A DNA stretch of 60,000 bases, taken from assembly GCF_963921235.1 (NCBI RefSeq), contig NC_086107.1:111602001-111662000 (forward strand). The letters are read 5' to 3'. This DNA comes from Mobula hypostoma. Taxonomy: Eukaryota. The notes below the pieces were generated by a model. That model searched no databases. It saw only the letters and a list, made by a program, of their open reading frames with translations, and was not told the DNA's origin. Positions within the stretch are counted from its first letter, which is position 1; every line of letters begins with the position of its first letter. This document shows, one piece after another, positions 37,141-50,448 of the stretch. The translations under genes and the position numbers were made by a program.

Positions 37141-37757
37141 GGGAGGAGAAGATGGCGCCACACCGTGCGTGCGCAGCCCTCCGGTGAAAAATGATATCGT
37201 ATCTGTTAAATAGGGGCCGTGGACAATTCTAATTTGATAGAGACAGACATGAAAGCACAGAGGAACATCTGGAGAAATTTCTGAAACGCCGGTCACTGCT
37301 GTCATTACTGTGTGGTCGGGAATCTTTCGGAGGGTAGGCCTCAAAATCCCCGGCCTTGCCTGCTTTTGGCGATTGAGAAGGAGGTCGAATCATTCGGACA
37401 GAGATGGCACTCAGTACTCGGTGTCAGAGAGCTGATCGGAGCTCGAAGTTTTCGGATGACTCAGAGTCAGATTGTGGTCGGCATGGCAGGGAGAGTTTTT
37501 CTTCCCTCTCCCGTCTGCATGAGATGTGGGACATTTGAGAAACTTTGAACTTTACTGTGCTCACAGACTTTCTTCATCAAGTTATGGTATTGTTGCACTG
37601 TTTGTAACTATATGTTATAATTATGTGGTTTTGTCAGTTTTTTCAGTCTTGGTCTGCCCTGTGTTTTGTGATATCACACGGGAGGAAATAATGTATCATT
37701 TCTTAATGCATGCGTTACTAAATGACAATAAAAGAGGACTACGTGTCTTCATAATTT
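37141..37757 (+). repeat. Family X dispersed repeat, full-length copy
   Basis: Starts GGGAGGAGAAGATGGCG, ends AATGACAATAAAAGAGGAC; four copies in the window. Confidence 0.8.
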
Positions 37758-38176
37758 AAAGCTGCTAACTACTACTACAGTAATGGATGTAAAACAATAC
37801 TAGTTGCAGATGTAACAAAGTGTCAATATATTAACAATATAAAATCTACTTCCCCATTTCCTGCAAGGGCCTCTCAAAGTCTAACCCTACTTCCCAGACG
37901 TGAGAGTGGAAACGGGTAAGGCTGGCCAACAGGACTCTGGTGAAGCTCTGTAAGCCAATCCCCCGTACAGCGGACACAATGGATTACAGAAACATTGATA
38001 AACTCCAGCCGTATCATCGACTTCATGAGGACGAGGGAGATGGGGGGTCATCGATGGCCCATGCTCCACTGGGAGCTGAGGGCCCAGGATGAAGAAGACT
38101 TCCTGCAAGGAAAAGCAGACGCTTAAGAGATCTGTCAGGAAACATTAATCAGAGCTAGGCTCAGAGTCCTAAACAG

Positions 38177-39005
38177 TGTGACAAAATACCAAGTTATCAG
38201 AAGATTGAGGCCGATAAGAAAGACAATGGGGGAACATTCAGAAATGTTAATGAGAGACGAGAGAGATTACCGAAAAGAGACACAGTTCCGAGTATTGTCA
38301 GACACCGGTTGCTTTGAAGCTGAACTGATTGAAGTTTGATGGACAGGCGATACCCCAGCAGGGGGATAAAAGGAACAGGTTCGCTAAGGCAAGCAGACAC
38401 CACGACACCACGAGATAACGAGACCCTGGAAAAGTGGTGTGCCCCCACAAGTTGGTGGGAGTTTTGGAAGTCTGGTCGCGGGACCAACCATAGACGCACA
38501 GGGTGAGAAGGTACGATCGGCGGGAACCTGGTGTGTGTGTCCGCCCTTGCCTGGGTGCCGGGTTCACCACAGAAGACCGATTGTATCCGGAACGGAGGGG
38601 TCACAGTCGGTGACCTCAGAAGACATTACAAAGGGCTCGCCCGAAAGCTAACTGCGAGGAATAGCAAAGGTCTGTTGAATCCGATTTGAATATCATCATT
38701 TGCTCTCTCTCTCTCCCCCCAACGGCACAACAGCGATTACTGCGAACTGAACTGAACTGAACTGAACTCTGAGTCACTTGAGACTGATCATTTTACCCCT
38801 AGACTTCGATAGAGCTTGATTGATCCTATTATCCTAGTTCTGTGTACATGTGTGTTTTATCATTGCTAACCTGTTGCATTTATATCCTTATAATTAGAGT
38901 ACCGTGTTACTTATTTAATAAAACTTTCTTAGTTTCAGTAATCCAGACACCAACTAAGTGGTCCATTTCTGCTGGTTTGGCAACCCAGTTACGGGGTACG
39001 TAACA
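38177..39005 (+). mobile_element. Solo LTR (829 bp)
   Basis: TGTGAC...GTAACA ends; 4-bp TSD ACAG (38173-38176, 39006-39009); GATAAAA at 38365; AATAAA at 38917. Confidence 0.8.
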
Positions 39006-39639
39006 ACAGCAAGTTTTAACAAAGGATCTGTTGCTCAACTGAGTGACCGTCAACAGTACCATGTGATATCCATCACTTTCATCAAATCTGCTTATGATTT
39101 ACCATTCTCTGCACCTCCTTTGCTGTTTCTGGTGTAAATCACTTGTTCATCAGTGATATTCCCTCTGAAACCAAAGGGTCAGTGTTGTGACAGGAAGGTG
39201 TATTGGTGACTGAGGTCAAAATGGAGGTTGCTTCATCATCTCAAAGTCTTGACCAATGAAACACAGGGTTTGAACTTGTCATCACCTAATCCAGAGGTGA
39301 ATGAATGAAGCCAGATCATGTGACATTGGTCCGGCTAATGACCAACATAAAAGGCAAACGAACTATGGGACGGGAGAGGGGTACTTAGCTGTAGTATAGT
39401 GTGCACGGCCCAGTGAATAACTGTAGCAGATTCAACATTGATCTGCAAGAGGCAATCAATAAATACCCGAAAGAGAAAGAATTGCAAAGAAAGCAGATCA
39501 CAGGGCAAAACTGGAATACTGCTTCAAAGAGTAAGCACAAGAACAGGACCACATTTCATCTTTCTGTTCTGTATGATTACATCTATGTTGAGTGAAATGG
39601 GTCAAGCGCATCACTGTTTTGAGAAGGTCAAAAAATTCT

Positions 39640-40200
39640 TCATTGCATGCTGGGTTGGGTTGTTCTCTGATCTTGGTAATTTACAGTATTTGCAAACGTT
39701 TTGTCACCATGTGAGGAGACATTGTCAGTGAGCTGTTGATTGTGGTGTGTCCTCCAACTGGCTGTTAAGCAGCGGAACCAACTCTCCCTGGTCTCTACCC
39801 ATGAAGATAGAGAGGGGCACAAATTCAGTTGGGCATCAGAGAAAGTCGTGGCGCAACCGGACACATGGCATGCAAGACAGTTCAGCGAAAAATTCTGTAA
39901 ACAAACATGTAGGCCCCGATCCTATTTATCAACCAATGTGGGCAAAATTCCAGACCACAACACACGAAGTTCACCACACAGTCAATCAGTGAAGAGATTT
40001 CCTCCCCACAGCAGAAATGAGTTTCCAAAATGACGTCCAATCAGCGGATTGAAAAGTATATGAAGGCCAAGCATTTGGAGGGCACACCACAACCAATATC
40101 GCACCGACGATGTCTCTTCGCGTGGTGACGAAACATTTGCAAGTAAATTGCCAAGATTGGAGAACAACTCAACCCAACCATCAATCACCTGAGCTATGGA
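39640..40200. mobile_element. Second-family Penelope-like fragment with inverted termini
   Basis: 39642-39745 is the reverse complement of ~40085-40200; each arm carries a hammerhead-like motif. Confidence 0.65.
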
Positions 40201-41774
40201 ATTGTTTTCAATTCGCCATGGAATCCAACAAGAACTGAGGTTGAATTTTACCATGTGGCATTCCACTTGAACGCACCCCAGAGTAGTGAGATGTACCACT
40301 ACGCTATATACTATGAAAGCCCATTTTAGAAAAAATACAAAATCAATAATATTTGACCTACTGTTGCGATATTTTGGATGTAAAGCTAGAACAACTACCA
40401 TTGGGGAGAAGATACAGGAGCCTGAAGACACACAATGAAAGTTCAAAGCAAATTTATTACTGAAGTACATACTACATGCCACCATATACAACCCTGAGAT
40501 ACATTTTCTTGTGGGCATTCACAGTAAGTACAAGAAACACAATTGGATTAGTGAAAACTGCACCCAACAGGAAGGACAACAACCAATGTACAAATATATA
40601 AAGAAATAATAATAATAATAATAAATAAGCAATAATATTGTTACTTCATCATCATGGGCGCTAGTCTCCGTAGTATCCAGAACATCTTCAAGGAGTGATG
40701 ACTCAAAAAGGTGAATATCTATCATTAAGGACCCCCATCACCCAGATCATGCCCTGTTCTCATTGCTACCATCAGGAAGGAGGTACAGAAGCATGAAGAC
40801 ACACACTCAGTGATTCAGGAACAGCTTCTTCCCCTCTGCCATCTGATTTCTGAATGGACATCGAACCCACGAACACTACTACACTAATTTTGCTCTTTTT
40901 GTACTGCTTATTAAATTGAATTTATGTAGTACTGTAATTTATAGTTTTTTATAGATTACACTATACTGCTGCCACAAAACAACAAATTTCGTGTCCGCTG
41001 TCAGTGAGTCTGAGCGAGATTCTGATTCTTAAATATATACAGGAGCTGCAATTTTCTATATTATACACAGCAGCTGCTTTTCTCCCAATGAGACACAAGG
41101 ATTTATATTTCCTGTAATAAGTACACAAACTATTACTCTCCATAACATACTATGCTGTTATCGTGAAGACAGAAGATGACATCGCTAACATACACATGCA
41201 TTGCTGATCCCCTGATTGTACAGGTGGACTGCCATTCCCTGTGAAAGAGATGTACTGTCGAGAGCACTCTAACTGGCTGCATCACCGTCTAGCATGAGGG
41301 GTGGGGTGGGGGGCTACTGCACAGGATCGAAGTAAGCTGCAGAGAATTGTAAAATGAGCCAGCTCCATCACGAACTCTAGCCTCCGTAGTATCCAGCACA
41401 TCTTCAAGGAGCGATGGCTCAAAAAGGCAGCGTCCACCATTAAGAACCCCCATCACCCAGGTCATGCACTGTTCTCATTGCTACCATCAGGAAGGAGATA
41501 CAGAAGCCTGAAGGCACACACTCAGTGATTCAGGAACAGCTTCTTCCCCTCTGCCATCCCATTTCTGAAAGGACATTGAACCCATGAACACTACCTCAGT
41601 ATTTTGCACTGCTTTTTTATATCTTTTATTTCTTATATAACATGTAATAAGTTTTATGCCTTGCACTGTGCTGCTGGTGAAAAACAACCAATTACATGAC
41701 ATACTTTAAGTAAATGATAATAAACCTGATTCTGATTCTGACAGAGAGATTAACCTGGGAGGTCTATTCTTTCC

Positions 41775-42168
41775 CCTCCAAGAGGATCACAACCTTGTTG
41801 AGGGGTTTGGGGGCTTGCATACCTAAATGACCTGGCGAGCTACATTGGTTGGAGTCAGGGGTTTATGATTTGGCTCTTGGTAAGGTCACCCATGCCAAAC
41901 AGGTCAAAGGGTAGAGGCCAGACTAAGAGCAGTTCACTGGTCCTCAGTGAAGGGTTGACAGCCCTGGACTGGTCAAACAAAACGGCAATGAGGAATCCTT
42001 CTGCATCTGAGTGCGATGGTATTCCTGAGTCTCTGCCTGACAATTACATGACTGACGGTTGTGAAAATTGAGAGGAAGCCACGGGCATGATGAAGAAAGC
42101 CCTGAACACCATCAGAGGTGGAGGACATCTGTTGCTACTCCAAACGCCAGCGGCGTAACGGGAAGTAA
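41775..42168 (+). mobile_element. Bipartite RTE-derived element, second copy
   Basis: Collinear with 35030-35453. Confidence 0.7.
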
Positions 42169-42977
42169 CATAACTATACTTCCTATGTTTATCCCTCCAT
42201 GCTGAGTCTTTCATTCCTTGTGAAGAATTTGAATTATATTCCTTGTTGTGAGATGCTGGGGCCATTTGTGTACAGCAGAATGCCCATGAGTTAAAGGCCT
42301 GTTCTTTCCACTAGCTCAATTCATTAAAGGGCTTTGATAGTGAAACTTGCTAATGACTACTTTGATATTTTCTCTAATTATCCTCTATGTTCAGTGGGGT
42401 CTGTTGATGAGCCACTGGTGGTTATACAGTGTTATCAAAGCTGACGTAATTTTTTGTTTTGACTTCCATGGGCATGTTTTCACAGATCGTGTGCAAACAA
42501 TAATTTTAAGCATATCCTTTTTCTTCCCAATTCACAATAAATCATCAAATAGTCCCGTGTCAGAAACTCAACTTGGGACACCTGCATGAGTTTCTGATAG
42601 CAAGGGGATCATTATTTCCCAGCTGAGGTTTAATCGGTTCGAGAGGTCACAAGTCTATTTGGAACTTGGGACTTGGCATAAAGTGACCACCATTATTTCT
42701 TATAGACCAGTTGAGAGTTATGAAATGAGATACAATATAGAATATAAAAGGCGAAATCCATCATTAAGAACTCCCCATCGCTGAGGTCATACCCTCTTCT
42801 CATTGTTACGAACTGGGAGGAGGTACAGGAGCCTGAAGACACACACTTAATATTTCAGGAACAGCTTCTTCCCTTCCACCATTAGATTTCTAAATGGGCA
42901 CTACCTCAGCATTCTCCCTCTATTTTTGCACTGCTTATTCAAGATAATTTTCTTTTATTTATTTGTCTGTTTCTTTC

Positions 42978-43267
42978 TTTATTTATTTATTGAGACGCAG
43001 CACAGAATAGGCCATTCCACCCCTTTGAGCCGGGCTGCTCAGCAATTCTTCAAGTTAATCTGAGCCTAATCACGGGACAATTTACTACGACCAATTAACC
43101 TACCAACAGGTATATTTTTGCACTGTGGGAAGAAACCAGAGCACCTGGAGGAAACCCCTGCAATCTTGGGGAAAACGTACAAACTCCTTACAAGCAGCGG
43201 CGGGTATCGAACCTGGGTCACCCGTACTGTAAGGCGTTGTGCTAACCACCATGCTACTGTGCAGCCC
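42978..43267 (-). mobile_element. HE1/V-type SINE
   Basis: Reverse-complement similarity to 30741-31045. Confidence 0.7.
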
Positions 43268-43971
43268 ATGTATTTTATATGTGCTTGCTGCAATTTATAG
43301 TTTTTATTATGATGTATTGCAATGTACCGCTGCCACAAAACAACAAATTTAACAACTTACTGTATGCCAGAGATATTAATCCTGATTATGCATTTTGACA
43401 GCTAGGCAGGGATGTTTGATGCCTCTCAGGGAATGGTTGTAAATCATGGTTTCTACCCTGCCTTGAGGCAGCACGAAAGCGTAGCAGTTAGTGCAACCAC
43501 TTTGCAGCACCAGCGATTACCAATCGGAGTTGAGGTCCCACCAGTGTTTGTAAGGGATTTTTTTCACATTCTAAAAGTGACTGTGTGGGATTCTTCCAGG
43601 CGCTCCCAGTTTCTCCCACATCCCAAAGATGCACGGTTAGAGTTACGGTTCAATCGTTCAATGGTTCCATTTAATCTTAGAGAGTGCATACGGTATATAA
43701 CCTGAAATTCTTACTCTTCACAGACATCCATGAAACAAGGAACACCAAAGAACGAATGACAGGAAAATGTTAGAACCCCAAAGCCCTCTCTCCCCTTCCC
43801 ACGCACAAACAGCAGTAAAACATCAACCCTCCCCCTCCCCCTGACTTATTTCAGCAGGAAGCATCAGTACCCACTACCCACCAAGCAAGAAACAGCAAAG
43901 CCCCCAAAGAGAGACCACGATCGGCAGTCCAACAAAAACTAGTTGTTCACCCAGCAATTCGACATACCACC

Positions 43972-43972
<1 letters not shown>

Positions 43973-44048
<76 letters not shown>
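43973..44048. repeat. (TC)38 microsatellite
   Basis: Read directly from the sequence. Confidence 0.98.
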
Positions 44049-44051
<3 letters not shown>

Positions 44052-44533
44052 AACAAGGGACAGGGAGGTGTTGCCCCTTTTCCACAGCAAGAGGGAGACC
44101 AACAAAGCAAAAAATCTTGCAGGTTATGATGGTACAGTCTGCCGTGTCGCTTTTATTCTGGGTTCTCTGACTCGAAAATCCTCCCCCCCCCACCATCGAG
44201 AGAGAAAGAGAGAGAGTGATCAGCCAAGTACAGGGGCCTCCGACAGCCGATCTGCTGTTCGTGATGTTCTGGTTAGCGAATTGCGAGCATTCTATGCTGG
44301 AACCGGAAGCATGGTGATGCTTGTGCGCTGCCTCTAGCACAACCCCCACACTGCGTTATCACTGACACAAAGCGACGCATTTCACTGTTTGTTTTGACGT
44401 GTCGCCGTACATCTGACAATAAAGCGAATCTTTCCTTCTTTAAATTGGATGCAGCATGGTCAGCTTACCCGTTGGAGTTGAGAATTTCTTTACTGTAATT
44501 AACTGAATTGTAGTTTTTTGACTCTCTCCACAG

Positions 44534-44671
44534 TCTTCATAACTTGTGACCCGGGTGAATCACATTGCTGAGTTCATCTGGAAGCAGTCACACGAGGAAC
44601 GGGAGCACGCCGAGAAACTGATGAAATTCCAGAATCTGTGTGGAGGCTGGATCTTGCAGCAGGACATTAAA
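44534..44671 (+). pseudogene. Ferritin (H/M-type) exon 2 relic
   Basis: [29 protein letters not shown]; flanked by polypyrimidine-CAG and GT; in-frame TAA at codon 3. Confidence 0.85.
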
Positions 44672-44960
44672 GTTGGGCTCAACAATGTCCTGTTCCATCA
44701 AAGACTTTGACTAACTCTGTCTGCAGCAAATGATAATACTTGACAACTTTATTTTGGTTTATACAGTCTTAGACCGTAGGAGGAAACCAGAGCACTCAGA
44801 GGAAACCCACACATTCACGGGAAGGATGTGCAAACTTTTTACGGCGTTGGAACTGAACTCCAAACTCTGACGCTCTGAGCACTCACTGCTACACTGTTAG
44901 GGCACCCTATTTAGTTTATTTAATTTACTTTTTAAATATTTCTTATTGTAATTTAGAATA

Positions 44961-45632
44961 GATTATGAGAACACTCAGTCCTCTTTTATTGTCCTTTAGA
45001 AATGCATACATGCATTAAGAAATGATACAATGTTTCTCCGGAGTGATATCACAGAAAACAGGACAGACCAAAGACCAACACTGACAAAAACCACATAATT
45101 ATAACATATGGTTACAGCAGTGCAAAGCAATACCATAATTTGATGAAGAACAAACCATGGGCAGGGTAAAAATAGTCTCAAAGTCTCCGAGTCGATGGAC
45201 CCCTGAGTCCCCAATAGCAGGCGGCAAAAGGGAGACACTCCCTGCCATAAACTTCTGGGCACCGTCAACTTGCCGATACCTTGGAAGCAGCCGACCACAG
45301 CTGACACTGAGTCCAACCGTCCAAAAACTTCGAGCTTCCGATCAGCCTCTCCGATACAGCCTCCTGAGCGCCATCCTCTGCCGAGCACCTTCGACCTCGC
45401 CCCGGCCGCTGAAACACGCAAAGCCGAGGGTTTCGGGGCCTTCAGCTCCAGAGATTCCGGTTACCACACAGTAGCAGCGGCAGCGAAGCGGGCATCTCAG
45501 AAGTTTTCCAGATGTTCCTCCATACTCTCAGGTCTGTCTCCATCAAATCAGAATTGCGCACGGTCCCCTACTTGACAGATTACAGATATCACCACCGAAG
45601 TGGCCGCGCGCACTGCCATCTTCTCCTCCTCC
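44961..45632 (-). repeat. Family X-related dispersed repeat
   Basis: Same termini as 37141-37757, divergent middle. Confidence 0.7.
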
Positions 45633-46423
45633 TGATCTATCATTTGTTTTTATGTAATTCACAGTACGGGTGCTGCAAAAATAATAAATTTCACAATGCA
45701 TGCCAGTGATATTAAACCTGATTCTGATTCGGATTTCTCAACAGGGAAGAGGCTTATCCCACCTCTGTTTCGTCCCCCCACCCCCCCACTCCCATTTGCC
45801 TCACCGTATTAGCACCAAAACAACCACCTACTCAGCTTTTGATTTTGCAGGGCTGTGACCCAGTTGATCATCTGCCTCTTGGGGCTTAACATCAATGAGT
45901 TTCAACTTCTTCTTTAGCATATTTTTCACCCAGCTGATAGGTTTTCAGGTAGCTGGGTGGAGATACGTCTCTACCAAAGGCGGTGTAAGGCGCTCCTTCC
46001 CTCTGCTGGCTTGCAGGTCAGCTTGGGCAAGGTGTAGCACCTGCTTAGGCCCCACCCAGGGTCATTTGAAACCATGGGAGCAGGTGGTGGATGGTCATTT
46101 GAGCGGCTGGTGCACATCACAAGTCCTGGCTTATGCAACCATGGACAATCTCTGAGAGCATTGATAATGGCTGGTTTTATATTGATAAAGACACTGGTAA
46201 AGACAGTGCCCAGAAGAAGCCGATGGCAAACCACTTCTGTAGAAAAATTTGCTAAGAACAATCATCTCCCTTTTGAAAGATCATTTGAAACCAAGCCACT
46301 GCTGCATTGGGTTAGACCATAAGACATAGAAGCAGAATTAGGCCATTCAACCCATCGAGTCTTCTCTGTCATTCCACCATGGCTGATTTATTATGCCTCT
46401 CAACCCGCTTCTTTCCCATAAGT

Positions 46424-46691
46424 GGAGGCATGGTAGCGTAGCGGTTGGCACAATGCTTCACCGTGCCAGAAACCCGGGTTCAATCCCACTGCGGCATGTA
46501 AGAAGTTTATACGTTCTCCCGATGACCGCATGGATTTCCTCCGGATGCTTCAGTTTCCTCACGTGGGAGGTTAATTGGTTATAGTAAGTTGTCCCGTGAT
46601 TAGGATAGGGTTAAAATTGGGGGATAACTGGGTGGCATGCCCTGAAGGGCAGGAAAAGCCTATTCCACGCTGTATCTGAATAAATAAATAA
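46424..46691 (+). mobile_element. HE1/V-type SINE
   Basis: A/B boxes, V-domain, (AATA)n tail. Confidence 0.7.
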
Positions 46692-47892
46692 CCTTTGGCG
46701 CCCTGACTAATCAAGAATCTATTATGCCGCAAACCATTTTACTAATAGAGTTGCTACTTTCTACTAATATTTATGCCTCATCTGGAAAACAATGATCCAC
46801 TTGCAATCAGACACTCATGCAGGTGTCCAAGTTGCCTTCTGACATGGGAGCTTTTGGTAACTTATTGTGAAGAAAGAAGAGGCTTTGAAGCATTTTTTTT
46901 ACACGTTGCCCACGAAAGCAGGATCACAGAAGTCAAAACAAAAAGGAGGATCATTCTCAAGCTTAGATAACTCAGTGTAAATACCTGTGGCTCAAGGCAG
47001 ATGTCAATTAGAGAGTCTCATTTGCAAACACTGCTAACCAGAAGCAAGTCTCACTTTCTAAACTCTTCAATGCATTACAACGAGACTACTTAGCTCTGTT
47101 CTTCTTCAAACACTTTTCCATTTATGCCCATGGTGTGCTTTCTCTGCAATTGCTCTCCCCTTCTAGCTTTTTGGTAAATTGTGCCCTCCACAAAACTTTC
47201 GTTTCTGCTCCCAGCATCTTTCTGGCACAGCATTCCAGAATTTTCTGCCTTAAAAATAAATTCCCCTCTCCTGTCCACTCCCAAGCTTTGCCTTTCACCA
47301 TTCTCAGCTCGCATCCGATTTCCGGCCACTCTCTCCTGGATTAAGTGATGGCAGGATCCATCATCAAGATTCAAGATTACTTAATGTCGTTTCCTGTACA
47401 CAAGTGCAAAGAGGATGAAATAATTGTTACTCCGAATCTGATACAGCACCAAAAAAACCCCACAAAAGATAAAGGACACAATAACAAAAACACACCCACA
47501 TTAAATACAAATACAGAAGATAGCTTACATACATTGATTGATTGTGCATCCATTAAGTGACACTGGGCTGTACATAAGACGACTGACGGGAAATAATAAA
47601 GTAGTGGTGGAGTTAGTGGGTGGAGGTGTTGATCAATCTTACTGCTTGGGGAAAGGAACTGTTTTTGAGTCTGGTGGTCCAGGTGTGAATGCTAAGTAGC
47701 CTCCTCCCTGATAGCAGTGGTAGGAACAGTCATGAGCAGGGTGGGTGAGATCCTTTAGGATATTACTGGCCCTTTTCCGACATCTTTCTGTATACTTGTC
47801 CTAATGGCGGCTAGGCTGGTGCTAGTGATGGTTTGGGCAGTTCTGACTACCCATTGTAGAGCCTCCCTTTCCGTCCATTTCTGGCGTGAAGG

Positions 47893-47943
47893 GAATCTTC
47901 TGATTCACCCTATCCACAAAATCTCAGAAATGAGTATCATTCC
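47893..47943 (-). pseudogene. Decayed homologue of the 51-nt exons
   Basis: NDTHF*DFVDRVNQKI versus RDIQFRDLLERVDIKL; shares the upstream GCTCAACTA motif. Confidence 0.5.
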
Positions 47944-48166
47944 TTGCAGTGATAAGGCAGGTAGTTGAGCAGAGATGATCCTTTACTGATGAAACTGCCA
48001 TCATTTCTTCTTTTCTCTTGAGGCACAGTTTTACAAGGCTGTTCCCCAAAGTGGGCAGTGGACTTAGAGGTCAGGCTAATTAGGCACGAGCTAGGGTGTT
48101 CAGAATTCAAAGGACTTTTGCTGGGAGTCAAAGACATTGTATATTTTCAGCTGGATGTTTTTTCTT

Positions 48167-48785
48167 GATTATGAAGACACGCAGTCCTCTTTTATTGTCA
48201 TTTAGTAATACATGCATTAAGAAATAATACAGTATTTCCTCTGGTGTGATATCACAAAACACAGGACAGACCAAGACCGAAAAAACTGACAAAGCCACAT
48301 AATTATAACATATAGTTACAACAGTGCAACAATACCATAACTTGATGAAGAAGTCCATGAGCACAGTAAAAAGTTTGAAGTCTCTCAAATGTCCCACATC
48401 TCACGCAGACGGGAGAAGGAAGAAAAACTCTCCCTGCCATGCCCGACCATAATCCATCTCTGAGTCATCCGAAAACTTCGAGCCTCCGAATCAGCTCTCC
48501 GACACCAAATACTGAGCGCCATCTCTGTCCAAACGATTCGACCTCAATCTCGGTTGCCAACAGCAGGCAAAGCCGGGGATTTTGAGGCCTTCCCTCCGGA
48601 AGATTCCCAACCACGCAGTAACGACAGCAGCGAATGAGCGTTTCAGAAATTTCTCCAGATGTTCCTCTGTGCTTTCACGTCCGTCTCCTTCAAATCAGAA
48701 TTGTCCTCGGCCCCTATTTAACGGATACGATATTATTTTTCACCGGAGGGCTGCGCACGCGCGGCGCGCTGATCTCTCTCCTCCC
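48167..48785 (-). repeat. Family X dispersed repeat, full-length copy
   Basis: Reverse complement of 37141-37757. Confidence 0.8.
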
Positions 48786-48879
48786 GCCGTATGTCGGGAG
48801 AACCTAAGATTAAATTTTTCTGTTTAAAAGTGGGTCACCAATTTTAGACAGAGGTAAAATTGTCGCTAAGTGCTAGAAT

Positions 48880-49620
48880 CCCTGTACACCTCCTCCCTCA
48901 CTTCCATTCGGGGCCCCAAACAGCCCTTCCAGGTGAGGCAACATTTCACCTGCAAATCTGCTAGGGTCATCTATTGTGTCGGTGCTCCTAATATGGCCTC
49001 CTCTACTTTGGTGAGATCTGTTGTAAATCTTTGTCAAGCAGCTCCACTCCATCTGCATAAAGTAGAACTTCCCGGCAGTCAAATGCTTTAATTCCTATTC
49101 CCATTCCGTTCCAACATGTCAGGCCATGGTCTCCTCTTGTATCAAAAAGAGGCCACCCTCAGGGTGGAGGAGCAACATCTTATATTCTGTCTGGGTAACC
49201 TCCAGCCTGATGGCATGAATACTGATTTCTCCTTCAACGTTCTGGTAAAAAAAAATTCCTCATCCACTATTTCTTACTCTGGCCTTTTCGACATGTCAGT
49301 CCATGGCCTCCTCTTGTAGCAAGAAGAGTCCACCCTCAGTTTCTCCAGCTACCCTCCTCTCTCTTTTTCTCCTACGGTCCACTCTCCTCTCCTATCAGAT
49401 TCCTTCATCGCCAGTCTTTGACCTTTCCCACCCACTTGACTTCACCTATCACCTTCCAGCTAGCCTCTTCCCCCTCCCTCCCACCATTTTATTCTGGCAT
49501 CTTCCACCCTTCTTTCTCAGTCCTGAAGAAGGGGCTTGGCTCAAAACGTCGACTGTTTATTCATTTCCATAGATGTCGCCTGACCTGCTGTGCTCCTCCG
49601 GAATTTTGTGCATTTTGCTT
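48880..49620 (+). mobile_element. Decayed Penelope-like element
   Basis: GPKQPFQVRQHFTCKSARVIYC; degenerate hammerhead at ~49518-49555. Confidence 0.7.
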
Positions 49621-50190
49621 TGTTTCATTTGTGTTTGGAGCACTTTGTACGACCCTCTGACTATTCTGCACTCAGAGTTATAGAGCACTACAGCATACAG
49701 AAACAGGCCCTTTGGCCCATCTACTCTGTGCCATACTGTTACTCTGCTGAGTCACATTGACCCACATGTATGGCCCTCCATACCCTTCCCATCCTTACCT
49801 CTCCAAATTCCCCTTAAATGTTGAATCGAACCCACATCCTGCACTTCCACTGGCAGTTTGTTCCATACTCTCAGCACCCTCTGAGTGAAGAAGTTCCCCC
49901 TCAGGTTACTCTTAAGTATTTCACCTTTCACCTTTAACCCTTAACCCCTGGTCCTTTTTTTTCCAGCACAGAGGTCGATCCCTTCTCAGAGAAATGCAAC
50001 GCATGAAGACAATATTCAAAGTTAGGTTTGGATGCATTTTCCCGTGCATCAATATGCAAGCTCAAGTATTATAAAGTTCTTGTCAAAGAAAATTATACGT
50101 GTAGATGCTTATTCAGTTTATTCTCCTCCCTGCCCTTTTGCATGCCTTTGGTGGAATCTCTGATGGCTGTTCAGTCTGGCCAACCCTCAC

Positions 50191-50241
50191 CCAACTTAAT
50201 TTCAACCTTTTCCACAAGATCCTTGAACTGAATCTCTCTCC
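50191..50241 (-). CDS. Candidate 51-nt internal exon B (phase 1-1), GREIQFKDLVEKVEIKL
   Basis: ctcatttgctacAG acceptor, GTgagg donor; paralogous to 50449-50499. Confidence 0.55.
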
Positions 50242-50448
50242 CTGTAGCAAATGAGGAGGTAGATAGTTGAGCAAGGCTCAAATCTAGATGCTTGCCTTCG
50301 AGAGCAGAGATTTGATAGCGACTGCCAGGCTATGATCTGCTAGGGTTAAGGATGTAAGTAGGCTTTACTTAGAATGCGTTAAAGCTACCTTCTATGCATT
50401 TCTTGGGTGGAAACTCCTTGATGGTTGCTCAGTTTGGGAAATCTTTAC

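Noticed and set aside
37887..38105. Strong minus-strand acceptor followed by an open frame
   Set aside because: No recognisable homology or clear donor; cannot be supported from sequence alone
47090..47374. 94-aa minus-strand ORF
   Set aside because: Overlaps what looks like a very old CR1 3' remnant; no recognisable protein
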